Of a stretch of DNA of 64,000 nucleotides, positions 53,717-62,637 are shown piece by piece. The notes under the pieces are model-generated. The model ran no database searches and was not told the origin of the DNA. It saw only the letters and a program-made list of their open reading frames with translations. Source of the stretch: an uncultured Candidatus Saccharibacteria bacterium (lineage in GTDB: Bacteria; Patescibacteriota; Saccharimonadia; Saccharimonadales; Saccharimonadaceae); the NCBI GenBank assembly GCA_963543945.1, contig CAUUCN010000001.1:1118-65117 (forward strand), written 5' to 3'. A program made the position numbers and the translations under genes. Numbering within the stretch: position 1 is the first letter of the stretch; every line of letters starts with the position of its first letter.

Positions 53717-54277
53717 ATGAATAAGAAAGATGAGACTAATACTGTGACAGATGAAGTTATTAACGATAATATTATTTATGAGGATTATGGAAATATCTTT
53801 CTTGATGATTTTGTAGATTGTTGGCCAAGAGAAGCATCTCGGGGAGTGATACAATTTTCTGATGGTGATATTTTGGTTTTCTTTAAAGAGCGGGTTGGTC
53901 AATACAAGTTACCTGGAGGTGGTAAGGAAAACAATGAGACTCCGGAGCAGACTTTTATGCGTGAAGCTTATGAGGAAACTGGTTATATGGTAAAAAATAT
54001 ACGCAAGATTGGAGTTGTAAAAGATCAGACGCAAACTTCGCATATATTTATAGCGGAGCCATATGGAGAGGCGCAAGAAATTCACCCCGATGGGGATGAA
54101 ATTAAATTCGATGCCAAATGTTTAAAGATGAACCCAGTGGATGTCTTAAAAAATATGAAAAAGTTTATCATTGAACATAAAGGTTATTCAGATGAAAACT
54201 CGTTGATTCAGTGTTATTTTACTCAAAGAGATTGTAAAATTTTGGAATACGTACTAAATCACAATCTGTTCGCGTGA
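53717..54277 (+). CDS. NUDIX hydrolase
   Basis: Nudix box GGGKENNETPEQTFMREAYEETGY. The exact start is uncertain because TATAAT abuts the first ATG. Confidence 0.8.
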   Translation: MNKKDETNTVTDEVINDNIIYEDYGNIFLDDFVDCWPREASRGVIQFSDGDILVFFKERVGQYKLPGGGKENNETPEQTFMREAYEETGYMVKNIRKIGVVKDQTQTSHIFIAEPYGEAQEIHPDGDEIKFDAKCLKMNPVDVLKNMKKFIIEHKGYSDENSLIQCYFTQRDCKILEYVLNHNLFA

Positions 54278-54302
54278 AATAGTTTTTATGCTCTTCGTGA
54301 AA

Positions 54303-54917
54303 TCAGGCCTTTTTGTAGAGCTTGTATTGATCAGTGCTTCCCTGGTTCTTGATGATAGTGTTGATGGCATCGAGAATTTGCTGGTCGGTTTTAGTATCGC
54401 CAGAACTATATCCGTCGAAAATCTTATCACCGATTACCATAAATGGTACGCCGCGCACGTCCTGGTCTAGGAATTTACCGAAATTCTTCATGAGGGTTTT
54501 ATTATCCTTGTCACTCCAAACTTCGAAAGAATAGATATTAACTTTATTTTTGGTTTCAGCTGGTAGTTTGGAAATGAATTTGGCGAGAGCTTTACAATGT
54601 GGGCAACCGTCACCCCAGAAAATATAAATATTTGATTTGTTACTACCAAGATCGATGTCGGATTCGTGATTAAAGGCGAATTCAGTTCCTTGGGATTGTT
54701 TTGGAGTTGATTGATTGGTATTCTCGGTCTGAGTGGATTCGGTTGATTCATTTAGGCTTGATTCGGCTGACTTGTCTGAGGAGTTTTTATTCATAAGCGG
54801 CATCACAATTACAGCAACGGTTGAAAGAATTGCAAGAATAGCAAGAACGATTAAAGAGGCGAGCTGGGCGCGTTTTTTGTTAGCGGACTGAGTATTTTGA
54901 GGTGTAGAATTTTCCAT
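54303..54917 (-). CDS. Membrane-anchored thioredoxin-fold thiol:disulfide oxidoreductase (DsbA/Bdb-like)
   Basis: N-terminal TM helix; FWGDGCPHCKAL (CPHC); TATAAT-6 nt-ATG start. Confidence 0.8.
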   Translation of the reverse strand: MENSTPQNTQSANKKRAQLASLIVLAILAILSTVAVIVMPLMNKNSSDKSAESSLNESTESTQTENTNQSTPKQSQGTEFAFNHESDIDLGSNKSNIYIFWGDGCPHCKALAKFISKLPAETKNKVNIYSFEVWSDKDNKTLMKNFGKFLDQDVRGVPFMVIGDKIFDGYSSGDTKTDQQILDAINTIIKNQGSTDQYKLYKKA

Positions 54918-55071
54918 AGATTTATTATAACTTTTGGTGGGAAAAATGTAAAAATTTTATTGATTTTGATAATGTTTATGGTAAGATAGAATTTGTGTGT
55001 TTTTAAACGACTCTTTTTTTAAAAGATTTTTCAGGAATTTTTCAGATTTTTGTTACATTTTATTTTGTTTG

Positions 55072-55242
55072 TGCTAATATAGATTCAAGGATGCCATTAT
55101 TGAATAAATTTTGGGAGAGAGATTTATGATAAGTGTGATTTTTGGCGATCCGAGAGGGTCTTTATCATGTGGCTTGACTAACAAAAATGGCACCCTTTTG
55201 TGAAGCAAGCGTAGCTCCGATCGTCAAGGTCGGAGCTTTTTT
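55072..55242 (+). promoter_or_regulatory. Promoter (TGcTAATAT) plus ~150-nt leader with a 25-codon uORF and a terminator hairpin (candidate attenuator or riboswitch)
   Basis: uORF 55126..55203 (GGGAGAGAG Shine-Dalgarno; MISVIFGDPRGSLSCGLTNKNGTLL) ends 10 nt before the AGCTCCGA/TCGGAGCT hairpin plus T6 (55213-55242), which sits just before the AAGGAG of the main ORF. Confidence 0.45.
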
Positions 55243-55264
55243 CTCTTCGAGAAGGAGATGTTTT

Positions 55265-56014
55265 ATGGTGATACATGATTTGTATCCAGAAAAATTAAAG
55301 GTAATGCTTTTAATACACCCAATGTTGGCTTCGAGTGAGCCGATGAGGAGATATTTGGTGGAGAACATCTTGAAAGAAACTAATGAATATCGTTTCATTA
55401 TACCAGATTTATCGGGGCACGGTGAGGCAATGATTGAGGTGTACGTTAGCGCGGCGGAAGAGGCACGGATTTTAACGCAATATTTATTAGAACACGGAGT
55501 GACTAAGATAGATTTGGGTTTTGCGGCATCGCTGGGTGGGGTGGTGTTATTTGAGATATTGAATCGCGGTGAAATTAGATTTAGGCGACTATTTTTCGAG
55601 GGTGTAAGTTTTTATGAAAACTCGAGATTGGGTGGATTTTTAATGACAGAAATAATGCTCATGAAACAGAAGAAAGGTTTAAAAGATCCGAAGTTAGCGG
55701 TAAGGAAAATGTCTAAAATGTTTGGAAGTCAAGCTGGGGTGGTGATGGCGGAGAGATTTTTGAAGATGGATCCTCTGAGTATAAAAAATATTGTGCGGGA
55801 CTGCTCGAATGTGAGACTACCGAAAATGGATACTGAAATGCAAAAGTCTTGCGTATTTTCTTATGGTGAAAAAGATTCAGATTTGAGATTGGCAAAAAGA
55901 AAAATTCCGAAGAAATATCCGGAAGCAAAATTGGTGGTGGATAAGGGATATGGCCATTGCGAGAGAATGGTGAAAGATGCGGCAGGGTATGCAAAGATGG
56001 TAGTATGTAGGTAA
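55265..56014 (+). CDS. Alpha/beta hydrolase fold protein
   Basis: Start ATG 55265 (AAGGAG Shine-Dalgarno); LLIHPMLASS, IIPDLSGHGEA, GFAASLGG nucleophile-elbow-like motif, C-terminal GYGHC. Confidence 0.7.
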   Translation: MVIHDLYPEKLKVMLLIHPMLASSEPMRRYLVENILKETNEYRFIIPDLSGHGEAMIEVYVSAAEEARILTQYLLEHGVTKIDLGFAASLGGVVLFEILNRGEIRFRRLFFEGVSFYENSRLGGFLMTEIMLMKQKKGLKDPKLAVRKMSKMFGSQAGVVMAERFLKMDPLSIKNIVRDCSNVRLPKMDTEMQKSCVFSYGEKDSDLRLAKRKIPKKYPEAKLVVDKGYGHCERMVKDAAGYAKMVVCR

Positions 56015-56058
56015 AGGCGTGTACTAGGGTACACGCGGCCACTCTTAAAAATAAAAAA

Positions 56059-56155
56059 ATATTGCTACGCTACTTATTTTAATTTTTAAAACTTAAAATT
56101 ATAGAATAAATTCTAAATTTTAAGCCTTAAAAATAAAAATAGAGTTCCAAGGAAC
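56059..56155. repeat. ~97-nt AT-rich intergenic repeat, copy 2
   Basis: See 51124..51220; ~88% identity by eye. Confidence 0.8.
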
Positions 56156-56170
56156 TCATTTTTTTATTTT
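56132..56170. terminator. Bidirectional hairpin terminator
   Basis: GAGTTCC-aa-GGAACTC between an A-rich and a T-rich run. Confidence 0.65.
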
Positions 56171-56270
56171 TCATCCGTGGAGCCGCGTGTGCAAAAGCAC
56201 ACTTGCACCACTTCTTCAAATTCTTTGAAAAGTAAACTTTTCACGAATTTTCATCCGTGGAGCCGCGTGT
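56168..56270. repeat. 23-nt direct repeat of the tRNA-Thr(UGU) 3' end plus trailer (56168-56190 and 56248-56270)
   Basis: tttcatccgtggagccgcgtgt occurs twice, 80 nt apart. The distal copy is preceded by a GTGTGC-tttt-GCACAC hairpin on the minus strand. Confidence 0.85.
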
Positions 56271-56333
56271 CGGCTCTGCCCCGACGACCTGCCGCTTACA
56301 AGGCGGCTGCTCTACTAGCTGAGCTAACGCGGC
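56258..56333 (-). tRNA. trnT: tRNA-Thr (anticodon TGT) with non-canonical D-loop and T-loop
   Basis: Hand fold: acceptor GCCGCGT/ACGCGGC, anticodon loop CTTGTAA, encoded CCA. The T-loop is GGCAGAG (not TTCRANY) and the D-loop AGCTAGTA lacks the GG pair. Confidence 0.7.
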
Positions 56334-56358
56334 GATTTGTACTCATATGTACCTTCTT

Positions 56359-56367
56359 ATTTTAGCA
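56359..56367 (-). promoter_or_regulatory. Extended -10 promoter (TGcTAAAAT) for tRNA-Thr(UGU)
   Basis: Reverse complement of attttagca, ~25 nt upstream of the tRNA. Confidence 0.5.
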
Positions 56368-56467
56368 TGAGTTTAAGTTCTTCACAACCGCGAGATGGGT
56401 GAAAATACTAGATCGAATTGATTATTTAAAAAAGAGATAGCTATCCAAGTGGATTCTTTGAATATGC

Positions 56468-57331
56468 CTATTGAATCATCTTGCGGCGACGAGTAGAGGT
56501 GCGGGCGGCTGCAGGACGAGAAACGGCAGTGGCACTAAGTTTGGCATCTTGAATAGTACGTTCAGTGCTGGTTTGGCTGGTGGATCCACTGGATTTAGCG
56601 GTGGGTTTTTTAGCTTTCGGATAAAAAATCTTAGCTGGTCTCGCGGCGCGTACGGGTTTTTTAGCTACCGTGCGTTTTTGCTTCTTAGCGAGTTCCTGTT
56701 TTTTCTTTAATTCATCTTCGGCGACTTGTTGCTCGATTCTGGCGGTGACGATTTGGATATTTTCGGCGTCACCCATATCTTCGTAAATACTGAGAATATG
56801 GCGAAGGGTAGAAATGGAATGATCAAGAGCATAGGCGGATTCAAGTGCCTCGACGGCGGCCTTGCGGTGACCGAGTTTTTCTTCGGATTTAGCGAGTGCG
56901 ATAAAACGAGCTGGCACATCGCCTTCAAGTTTTAGAGCTTGTTGAAAGGCCATACTGGCTTTTTCGTAGGCACCGGTCTCGAGGTAAATTAGGCCGACGT
57001 TATGTAGAGAAGATGGGTTGCTGTCGAGAGACTGGGCGATTTCGAAGCATTCGATGGCTTCGTCGTAATTTTGCGATTTGGCATAGAGAATGCCGAGACG
57101 GTTGTAAGCCGCGGCGTTGGTTTCGTCGAATTTTAAGATAGTAAGCAGAGCTTTTTCGGCGCGAAGAGTTTTGCGTTCTTTCATACTGACTTTGGCGATA
57201 TCCCAAAGTTTTTTCATTTGAGCATCAAAATTCTTGTTTTCTGGAGCCGGTTTTTTGAGCCTGGCTTTGATTTTTGGTTCGAAAAAAATCAGAAAAATTA
57301 CGAAAAGTAAGATGAGGAAAATTCCTAGCAT
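56468..57331 (-). CDS. TPR-repeat protein with N-terminal TM helix and basic C-terminal tail
   Basis: AAYNRLGILYAKSQNYDEAIECFEIAQSLD-type TPR units; TATAAT-7 nt-ATG start. Confidence 0.75.
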   Translation of the reverse strand: MLGIFLILLFVIFLIFFEPKIKARLKKPAPENKNFDAQMKKLWDIAKVSMKERKTLRAEKALLTILKFDETNAAAYNRLGILYAKSQNYDEAIECFEIAQSLDSNPSSLHNVGLIYLETGAYEKASMAFQQALKLEGDVPARFIALAKSEEKLGHRKAAVEALESAYALDHSISTLRHILSIYEDMGDAENIQIVTARIEQQVAEDELKKKQELAKKQKRTVAKKPVRAARPAKIFYPKAKKPTAKSSGSTSQTSTERTIQDAKLSATAVSRPAAARTSTRRRKMIQ

Positions 57332-57447
57332 ATCTTATATTATACATGAAAATGCTTAAAATACCAAAATTTTGAGGAGCGACAGTGGTGGATGAAAGAG
57401 TTTATCGTGCGCAGAATTAGTCTTATGGTGGAAGCAAATATAAGAAC

Positions 57448-58116
57448 TTATAAGAGGTTAGCTACGAGCTGAAGTTTTTTATTGGCGGAAAAATCTGAGG
57501 TGAGATGTTTGGTCTCGATGAGGCCGGAAATTTTCTGGAGGAAGATAGGATTTTTGGTTTTGTAGTAAGATTTTTCGGCTAATTCAATAGTGGTATCGAG
57601 GATTTGATAGAAAAAATTGGGGTTGGTTTTCGGGGTAGATTTAATAATTTCGTCTGCGAGGACGGGGAGATCCTTGGCTCTTACTACAAGTAGTTTTTTG
57701 GCAAGTTCGAAAATTTTGGGGTCGGCTTTGGGTGTGGTTTTTAGGTAATCCTTCTCTTTGAAATAGAAAATCGCGGAACGCGAACGGATGGTGTCGAGTA
57801 AGCGGTTCGGATTTTTGGTAAAAAGTGCGAGATGATAATGATTCTTTGGCTCTTCGAGAGTTTTAAGAAGGGCGGAGGTGGCACTCGGAGTGAGAGTTTC
57901 GGCGTGATTAATGACAACAAAAATATCTGAGGTCTGAATGCTATTTAGATGAGATAAGATTTCGCGAATAGCTTCAACTGGGATCTTATTATTATCTTTT
58001 TCGTCCGGCTCGATGAGATAAGTGGCGCGAATATTAGGATTTTTTTCAAGATTAAAAATTGTGGAAGAATAAGCGGAGGCTAAAGCAGGGATTTCTGAAA
58101 GATTCTCGAAGTACAT
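57448..58116 (-). CDS. holB: DNA polymerase III delta-prime-like clamp-loader subunit (no Walker A)
   Basis: Start ATG 58116 (TACAAT-6 nt-ATG); LTPSATSALLKTLEEPKNHYHLALFT...LLDTIRSRS blocks. Confidence 0.6.
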   Translation of the reverse strand: MYFENLSEIPALASAYSSTIFNLEKNPNIRATYLIEPDEKDNNKIPVEAIREILSHLNSIQTSDIFVVINHAETLTPSATSALLKTLEEPKNHYHLALFTKNPNRLLDTIRSRSAIFYFKEKDYLKTTPKADPKIFELAKKLLVVRAKDLPVLADEIIKSTPKTNPNFFYQILDTTIELAEKSYYKTKNPIFLQKISGLIETKHLTSDFSANKKLQLVANLL

Positions 58117-58131
58117 ACTTCTATTGTAGTC

Positions 58132-58249
58132 TAGTTTAGAAAAAAGCAAAACCCGCTAGAAGTGTTAACTTAGTTTAGGAAAAAGTAAAACTCGCTAGAA
58201 GTGTTAACTTAGTTTAGAAAAAGTAAAACCCGCTAAGGGTGCGGGTTTT
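58132..58249. repeat. Three tandem 39-nt units derived from a terminator
   Basis: tagtttag(g)aaaaag.aaaac.cgctagaagtgttaact x3. Only the last unit keeps a full hairpin (AAAACCCGC-taagggt-GCGGGTTTT), which terminates the rluD-like gene. Confidence 0.85.
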
Positions 58250-58269
58250 ACGATGTATTTTTAAGTATC

Positions 58270-59268
58270 CTATTGATTAAAGATTTGGAATTCTGGTGGG
58301 AGGTCAGTGGTGAAAGTGACACGGCGGCTTTCTGGAATGGTGATTTCAAGTGAAGCGGCATGTAGATAGAGACGGTCGGTGGTGTTTGGTTTGGCTGAAC
58401 CGTAGACACGGTCGCCGACGATTGGGGTGCCGAGGTAATTCATGTGGACGCGAAGTTGATGAGTGCGACCAGTGGTTGGGCGAAGCATGACGAGAGAGTA
58501 AGTCTTCCCTGCCTTGAATTCTTTACCAGAATATTCTGAGTGAGCTTGAATTAGTTTTTGGATTTCTTGAACGTCGGCGAGATTAAACTTCTTGGTGGCT
58601 TTTACTTCGTAGAAAGTTTCGGATTCTTTACCACCAGCTTCCACGACGAAAGTAGTAGGATGTTTGAGGTTGCGTTGGATTGGTAGATTGATGCGCGCTG
58701 CAGGTAATTTTGGTGCGCCTTCGGTGATGGCGTAGTAGGTTTTATGAATTTTACGATCTTGAAATTGTTTACGAAGCAGAGTTTGAGTCTCTGGATTTTT
58801 CGCCAAAATTACTACACCGGAAGTGTCGCGGTCGAGACGATGAACGAGAAGGCCGTAATCTTCGAGGGTTGGCTCTAACGTAACGGCGCCTTTGGCCATA
58901 CTAAGTAAGCCAGCTGGTTTTTCGAGGACAATAACATTATCGTCTTCGTAAATGGTTTTCGGTTTAAGGTTTTCGACAGCGGTAGCCTTGGCGTCAGAAT
59001 CCTTGAGAAAATCTGGAAGATTTAGTTCAATGATATCTTCTTCGTTAATCGCGGTGTTTGGTTTGGTGACTGGAGTTTGATTAACCGTGGCATAACCAGA
59101 TTTAATGAAAGTTTGCAAGGTATTGCGATTATAGTCTGGGTATTTTTCGACCAAAAAGTGATCCAAGCGATGGCGTGGCTTTTTGGTATCGATTTCCTTC
59201 AGGGTGACGTCGCCGTTAATGACGCGTGAAAGTGAAGGTTTGCTAAATTTTTTTCCAGTTCTTAACAT
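58270..59268 (-). CDS. rluD: RluA-family (RluD-like) pseudouridine synthase with S4 domain
   Basis: Start ATG 59268 (CATAAT-7 nt-ATG). The ORF-track N-terminus overlaps the upstream gene. RLDHFLVEKY S4 motif; HRLDRDTSGVVILAKN catalytic motif. Confidence 0.85.
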   Translation of the reverse strand: MLRTGKKFSKPSLSRVINGDVTLKEIDTKKPRHRLDHFLVEKYPDYNRNTLQTFIKSGYATVNQTPVTKPNTAINEEDIIELNLPDFLKDSDAKATAVENLKPKTIYEDDNVIVLEKPAGLLSMAKGAVTLEPTLEDYGLLVHRLDRDTSGVVILAKNPETQTLLRKQFQDRKIHKTYYAITEGAPKLPAARINLPIQRNLKHPTTFVVEAGGKESETFYEVKATKKFNLADVQEIQKLIQAHSEYSGKEFKAGKTYSLVMLRPTTGRTHQLRVHMNYLGTPIVGDRVYGSAKPNTTDRLYLHAASLEITIPESRRVTFTTDLPPEFQIFNQ

Positions 59269-59320
59269 TCTATATATTATGACATAATTTATGGATTTTG
59301 TATAGAGAAAAATCCGGATT

Positions 59321-62300
59321 TTAGTATCTTGGTGCAATCTCACGAGAATAGACCATGTAGGCTTGGCCGCCGCTGAGGGATTGGCGGTAGGCCCAGAAGT
59401 AGGCATCGGCGCGGAGGGTGAAGACTTCGGCAGGGTGGATGGAGCCTTCGGCGTAGTAGGTGCCAGTTGGTCCGGTTTGAAGTGGGTGGGTGCCAGCGCG
59501 GCCGCCACCAGTATGAGAGCCGGCGGTACGGTTTAGGATGAGCTTTCTAGCAAAGACCGGACCGGTGATGGTGAGAGTTTCGTTGCAAGAGAGAGCGTTC
59601 GGATAGTGGTTATCGGAACAGGTGTCGATTTGGTTATCGCCATAATCTTCGTCGAGGATTAGCCAGGCATCGATATTGGTGACGTTGCTGGTGATGTTGA
59701 TTTTCTTGGCAAAGATGAGAACTTGTGGGAAATCATCCACTGCGTTGTAGGTTTCGTGAGCGATATTGATGTTGCGATCGATGGTGAGCGTGCCATCGAC
59801 GTACATGGCGAGGGTGTTCATGAGCTTCTCACCAGTGGTATTGCTTCTCGCGATAAGGTTGCCGCCGCGATCAAACTGATAGAAATTGGCAGTACTGTTC
59901 ATGGCGCTAAGACTGGTATCTCCCTGATGATAGAGCTGGGAGAGGCCGAGATAGTTCTTTGCGGAAGTCTCATTAGAGGTGAGACTTGTGATGGTATTAC
60001 TAGAATTTCGGATGATGGTGTCGCGGAAGCGGGCCTTGAGACGGGCAAGGACGGCGGAACCGATACGGGAGATACCGGATTCACCAGATTTATTATCGTT
60101 CGAAACCGTGAGTGGGCTTAAGGCAATTTGATTACTTGCGGAATCTGCGCCACCATTTGGCAGATTGAAATTGTAATTTTCTTCGTAGCCTTGAATAGCA
60201 CCAGTGCCAAAGCCGTTAACTTTGCCGGCAGCAAGTGCGCTAAATTCCGTCCAAGAACCGAAAAATTTAGTGGAAGCAGATGGGTAGGCGCCGAGACCAG
60301 CACCGACGGCTTTATTGGAAACTGAGGTAATAATGGAGCCATTGGTGTAAATTCCGCCACCGAGAACTTGGAAATTTGGCTTCTTGGCAAGTGTGACGCA
60401 GGAGGCAGCGGAAATATGATATTGATTATTGCCGCCATTCATCGCGGAGCCACTGGTGTTATTTTCAATGGTATTTTCGGCTGAGTCGTGAGAAGCGGCT
60501 GGCCAGATGACAGAGCGGGTGCAATATTTTTTACCAAGGCCAGCGCCAGGGAGATTGTCTGGGATGGTACGTTCGTATAACTCAGTATTATTTTTTTCAC
60601 CGGAAAAATTACCGCTTGTGTTTATGGCTCTTGAAAATTCGTCGACTAGATTACATTGTTCGGTGCCACTACAGATAGTATTACTGGCGCGAGTTTCTTC
60701 TTGAAGCCTAGATTCTGGATAATTCTCATCGACGATCATTTCGTAAATTTTGACGGTTTGATCAGGGCGAGTATGGGTAGCGTATGGGGTTTTAGAAATT
60801 AGTTCATTAGTACGTGGGGTGACGCCGTAATTGGCGCTAATATTGATTTTATTACCGATAAAACCAACACCGCCTTCGGAAGATTCGATATAGCTATGGA
60901 TAGAAGTATTGAAATTATATGGGGTGTAGACAGAGGATTTTTTCTCAAGGTAGGTATCTTGGCCGTCGGAGCGGGTGGAGACGGTATCGTCAATGTATTT
61001 TCTAATATAATAATCTTCTTTTGGCCTACTGCATCCATTAGGGGTTGGCGTACATTTGGAGCCGGGTACAGGTCTCCTTTTTTTGAGATTTGTCTGATGA
61101 CCCCACGAACCCAAACTCCCGCCATCTACAGCACTTTCATAGGAATCATTTTGATAATGGTTGACTTGTTTATTTTCTTTTTCCCAGGTGGTGTATTCAT
61201 GATACCAAGCACGAAGATTGTTATAGCGAATACCTTGAGAAATTACAGTGCCAACTTCCGTGGTGTTCCCAGTCTTGGCGGCAGAATCACAACCGGATTG
61301 ATAATCGAGAAATCCGGGTATTTGGTAGCCAACCGTGAGTTTAGGTGTATTGATTTTATAATAACGAGTATCACAGGAATAGCTAGAAGAGGCTTTTTGG
61401 GTAGGAGAAAGTGCGGTGAATCCATAATCTTCAGCGGTGATACCGCTTCCGGTTATTGGTTTTGCGCTACTATTATTGATAGAGTGAATTTGTCCATCAT
61501 GAACTGGTGAATCACCAAAAAGATAATTATTGTTTCTACCGCCATTCTTTTCGGCGAAAATTTCGAATTGACTAGCCGGTGGAGCCTCGGCGTATTTGAC
61601 TTGCTGATTTTTGGTTTGCCGCCCAACTTGTTGAACTGAAAAACAAAAAGTTTCATAAAATTGCACGCGATCTCCTGGTCTTGCGAGGACGAAGTTTTTT
61701 CCTTTGAGATTTTTCTGCCAAGAATTATGGCCTAAGGAACCAGTGTAAGAATGGTTAATTACGCCAGTATCTGCGCCGGTAGTTCCCTTGTAGTACATAC
61801 CTTCAACTCCAGAAATTTGACTACAAGTGGTGTTGGTAGCTGTGGCTGGGGGTTCAGGTTTGTTTTTATCGTCATCTTCTTCAATAATAGTGTCTCTAGT
61901 GCAGAACCAAGAAAATTCACCGCGATTCCATTTTTCAACTTCAATCGGATCCGGCTTACCATCTCGATCTTCGTAGGTATAATGCCTCCTGACTTCTTTA
62001 TCTTCCTTACGATTGCCTATTCCATGCAAGATGTTATAGTTTGCACTAGATTTATGTTTTAGATAGTTCTTGTAGTATAGAGGCAACGCAGCAGCGCCGG
62101 TAGCTTTTTGGGTGTTTTTATTATAGAAATTATAGACAAAAATATAGACGCCAGAACTTTTGCCACAACCATAAACTTCGTTGTCTCCAGCTTTTAGTTT
62201 TGTAGGAGAGTTATTGGTTGGGTAGGTTGGATCTGTGTTGGTTAAAAAACGTGAATAAGGGATATGGTCACGTTCGTTTTTTGGAATACCCATCTTATCG

Positions 62301-62548
62301 AAGTTATATAATACCCAAGAAACACCGGCATAAGATTTAAACATGCTATAACAAATAGTGCCAGAACAATCGCCATTTTTATCTCCAGTTCCGCCTTCAC
62401 TTTTACCTGGAGCTCCAGGTCTAGTTACGGCATAAATAGGAAGAAATTTGATTAAGGAAAATCCTGCAATAAATAAAAATAGTAGAGCCAATAAGCACCC
62501 TACTTTATGTTTAATTAAGAATTTTTTCTGACCCACGACACGTTTCAT
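59321..62548 (-). CDS. Large secreted or surface hypothetical protein (1075 aa)
   Basis: N-terminal signal/anchor (CLLALLFLFIAGFSLIKFL); Gly/Asn/Thr/Ser-rich; TGcTAAAAT-6 nt-ATG start; no domain recognised. Confidence 0.8.
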   Translation of the reverse strand: MKRVVGQKKFLIKHKVGCLLALLFLFIAGFSLIKFLPIYAVTRPGAPGKSEGGTGDKNGDCSGTICYSMFKSYAGVSWVLYNFDKMGIPKNERDHIPYSRFLTNTDPTYPTNNSPTKLKAGDNEVYGCGKSSGVYIFVYNFYNKNTQKATGAAALPLYYKNYLKHKSSANYNILHGIGNRKEDKEVRRHYTYEDRDGKPDPIEVEKWNRGEFSWFCTRDTIIEEDDDKNKPEPPATATNTTCSQISGVEGMYYKGTTGADTGVINHSYTGSLGHNSWQKNLKGKNFVLARPGDRVQFYETFCFSVQQVGRQTKNQQVKYAEAPPASQFEIFAEKNGGRNNNYLFGDSPVHDGQIHSINNSSAKPITGSGITAEDYGFTALSPTQKASSSYSCDTRYYKINTPKLTVGYQIPGFLDYQSGCDSAAKTGNTTEVGTVISQGIRYNNLRAWYHEYTTWEKENKQVNHYQNDSYESAVDGGSLGSWGHQTNLKKRRPVPGSKCTPTPNGCSRPKEDYYIRKYIDDTVSTRSDGQDTYLEKKSSVYTPYNFNTSIHSYIESSEGGVGFIGNKINISANYGVTPRTNELISKTPYATHTRPDQTVKIYEMIVDENYPESRLQEETRASNTICSGTEQCNLVDEFSRAINTSGNFSGEKNNTELYERTIPDNLPGAGLGKKYCTRSVIWPAASHDSAENTIENNTSGSAMNGGNNQYHISAASCVTLAKKPNFQVLGGGIYTNGSIITSVSNKAVGAGLGAYPSASTKFFGSWTEFSALAAGKVNGFGTGAIQGYEENYNFNLPNGGADSASNQIALSPLTVSNDNKSGESGISRIGSAVLARLKARFRDTIIRNSSNTITSLTSNETSAKNYLGLSQLYHQGDTSLSAMNSTANFYQFDRGGNLIARSNTTGEKLMNTLAMYVDGTLTIDRNINIAHETYNAVDDFPQVLIFAKKINITSNVTNIDAWLILDEDYGDNQIDTCSDNHYPNALSCNETLTITGPVFARKLILNRTAGSHTGGGRAGTHPLQTGPTGTYYAEGSIHPAEVFTLRADAYFWAYRQSLSGGQAYMVYSREIAPRY

Positions 62549-62572
62549 AATTTTATTTTAGCATAAAAAGAA

Positions 62573-62606
62573 TAGAAAAAACCACCTCATTTGGAGATGG
62601 TTTTTA
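62573..62606 (-). terminator. Intrinsic terminator
   Basis: ACCATCTC...GAGGTGGT stem plus T6 on the minus strand. Confidence 0.7.
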
Positions 62607-62637
62607 TATAGAATTTGAAGAAGTGAAGTTTAGAGAA

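Noticed and set aside
55087-55242. Assignment of the hydrolase leader to a known riboswitch class (T-box, ykkC, fluoride, preQ1, TPP, c-di-GMP)
   Set aside because: None of the conserved cores I remember is present. Only short chance-like similarities occur (AUCCGAGAGGG, AAUGGCACCC). It is kept as an unclassified candidate attenuator.
56177-56365. 62-aa ORF on the plus strand
   Set aside because: It is antisense to tRNA-Thr(UGU) and its duplicated 3' end, so it is spurious.
58132-58249. Possible CRISPR array
   Set aside because: There are only three contiguous 39-nt units with no intervening spacers and no cas genes anywhere in the window. The units are terminator-derived.
58270-59508. 412-aa version of the pseudouridine synthase ORF
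   Set aside because: The first 80 codons (Pro/Ala-rich) are the reverse frame of the GC-rich 3' end of the 1075-aa gene. The S4 domain begins right after ATG 59268, which has CATAAT 7 nt upstream.
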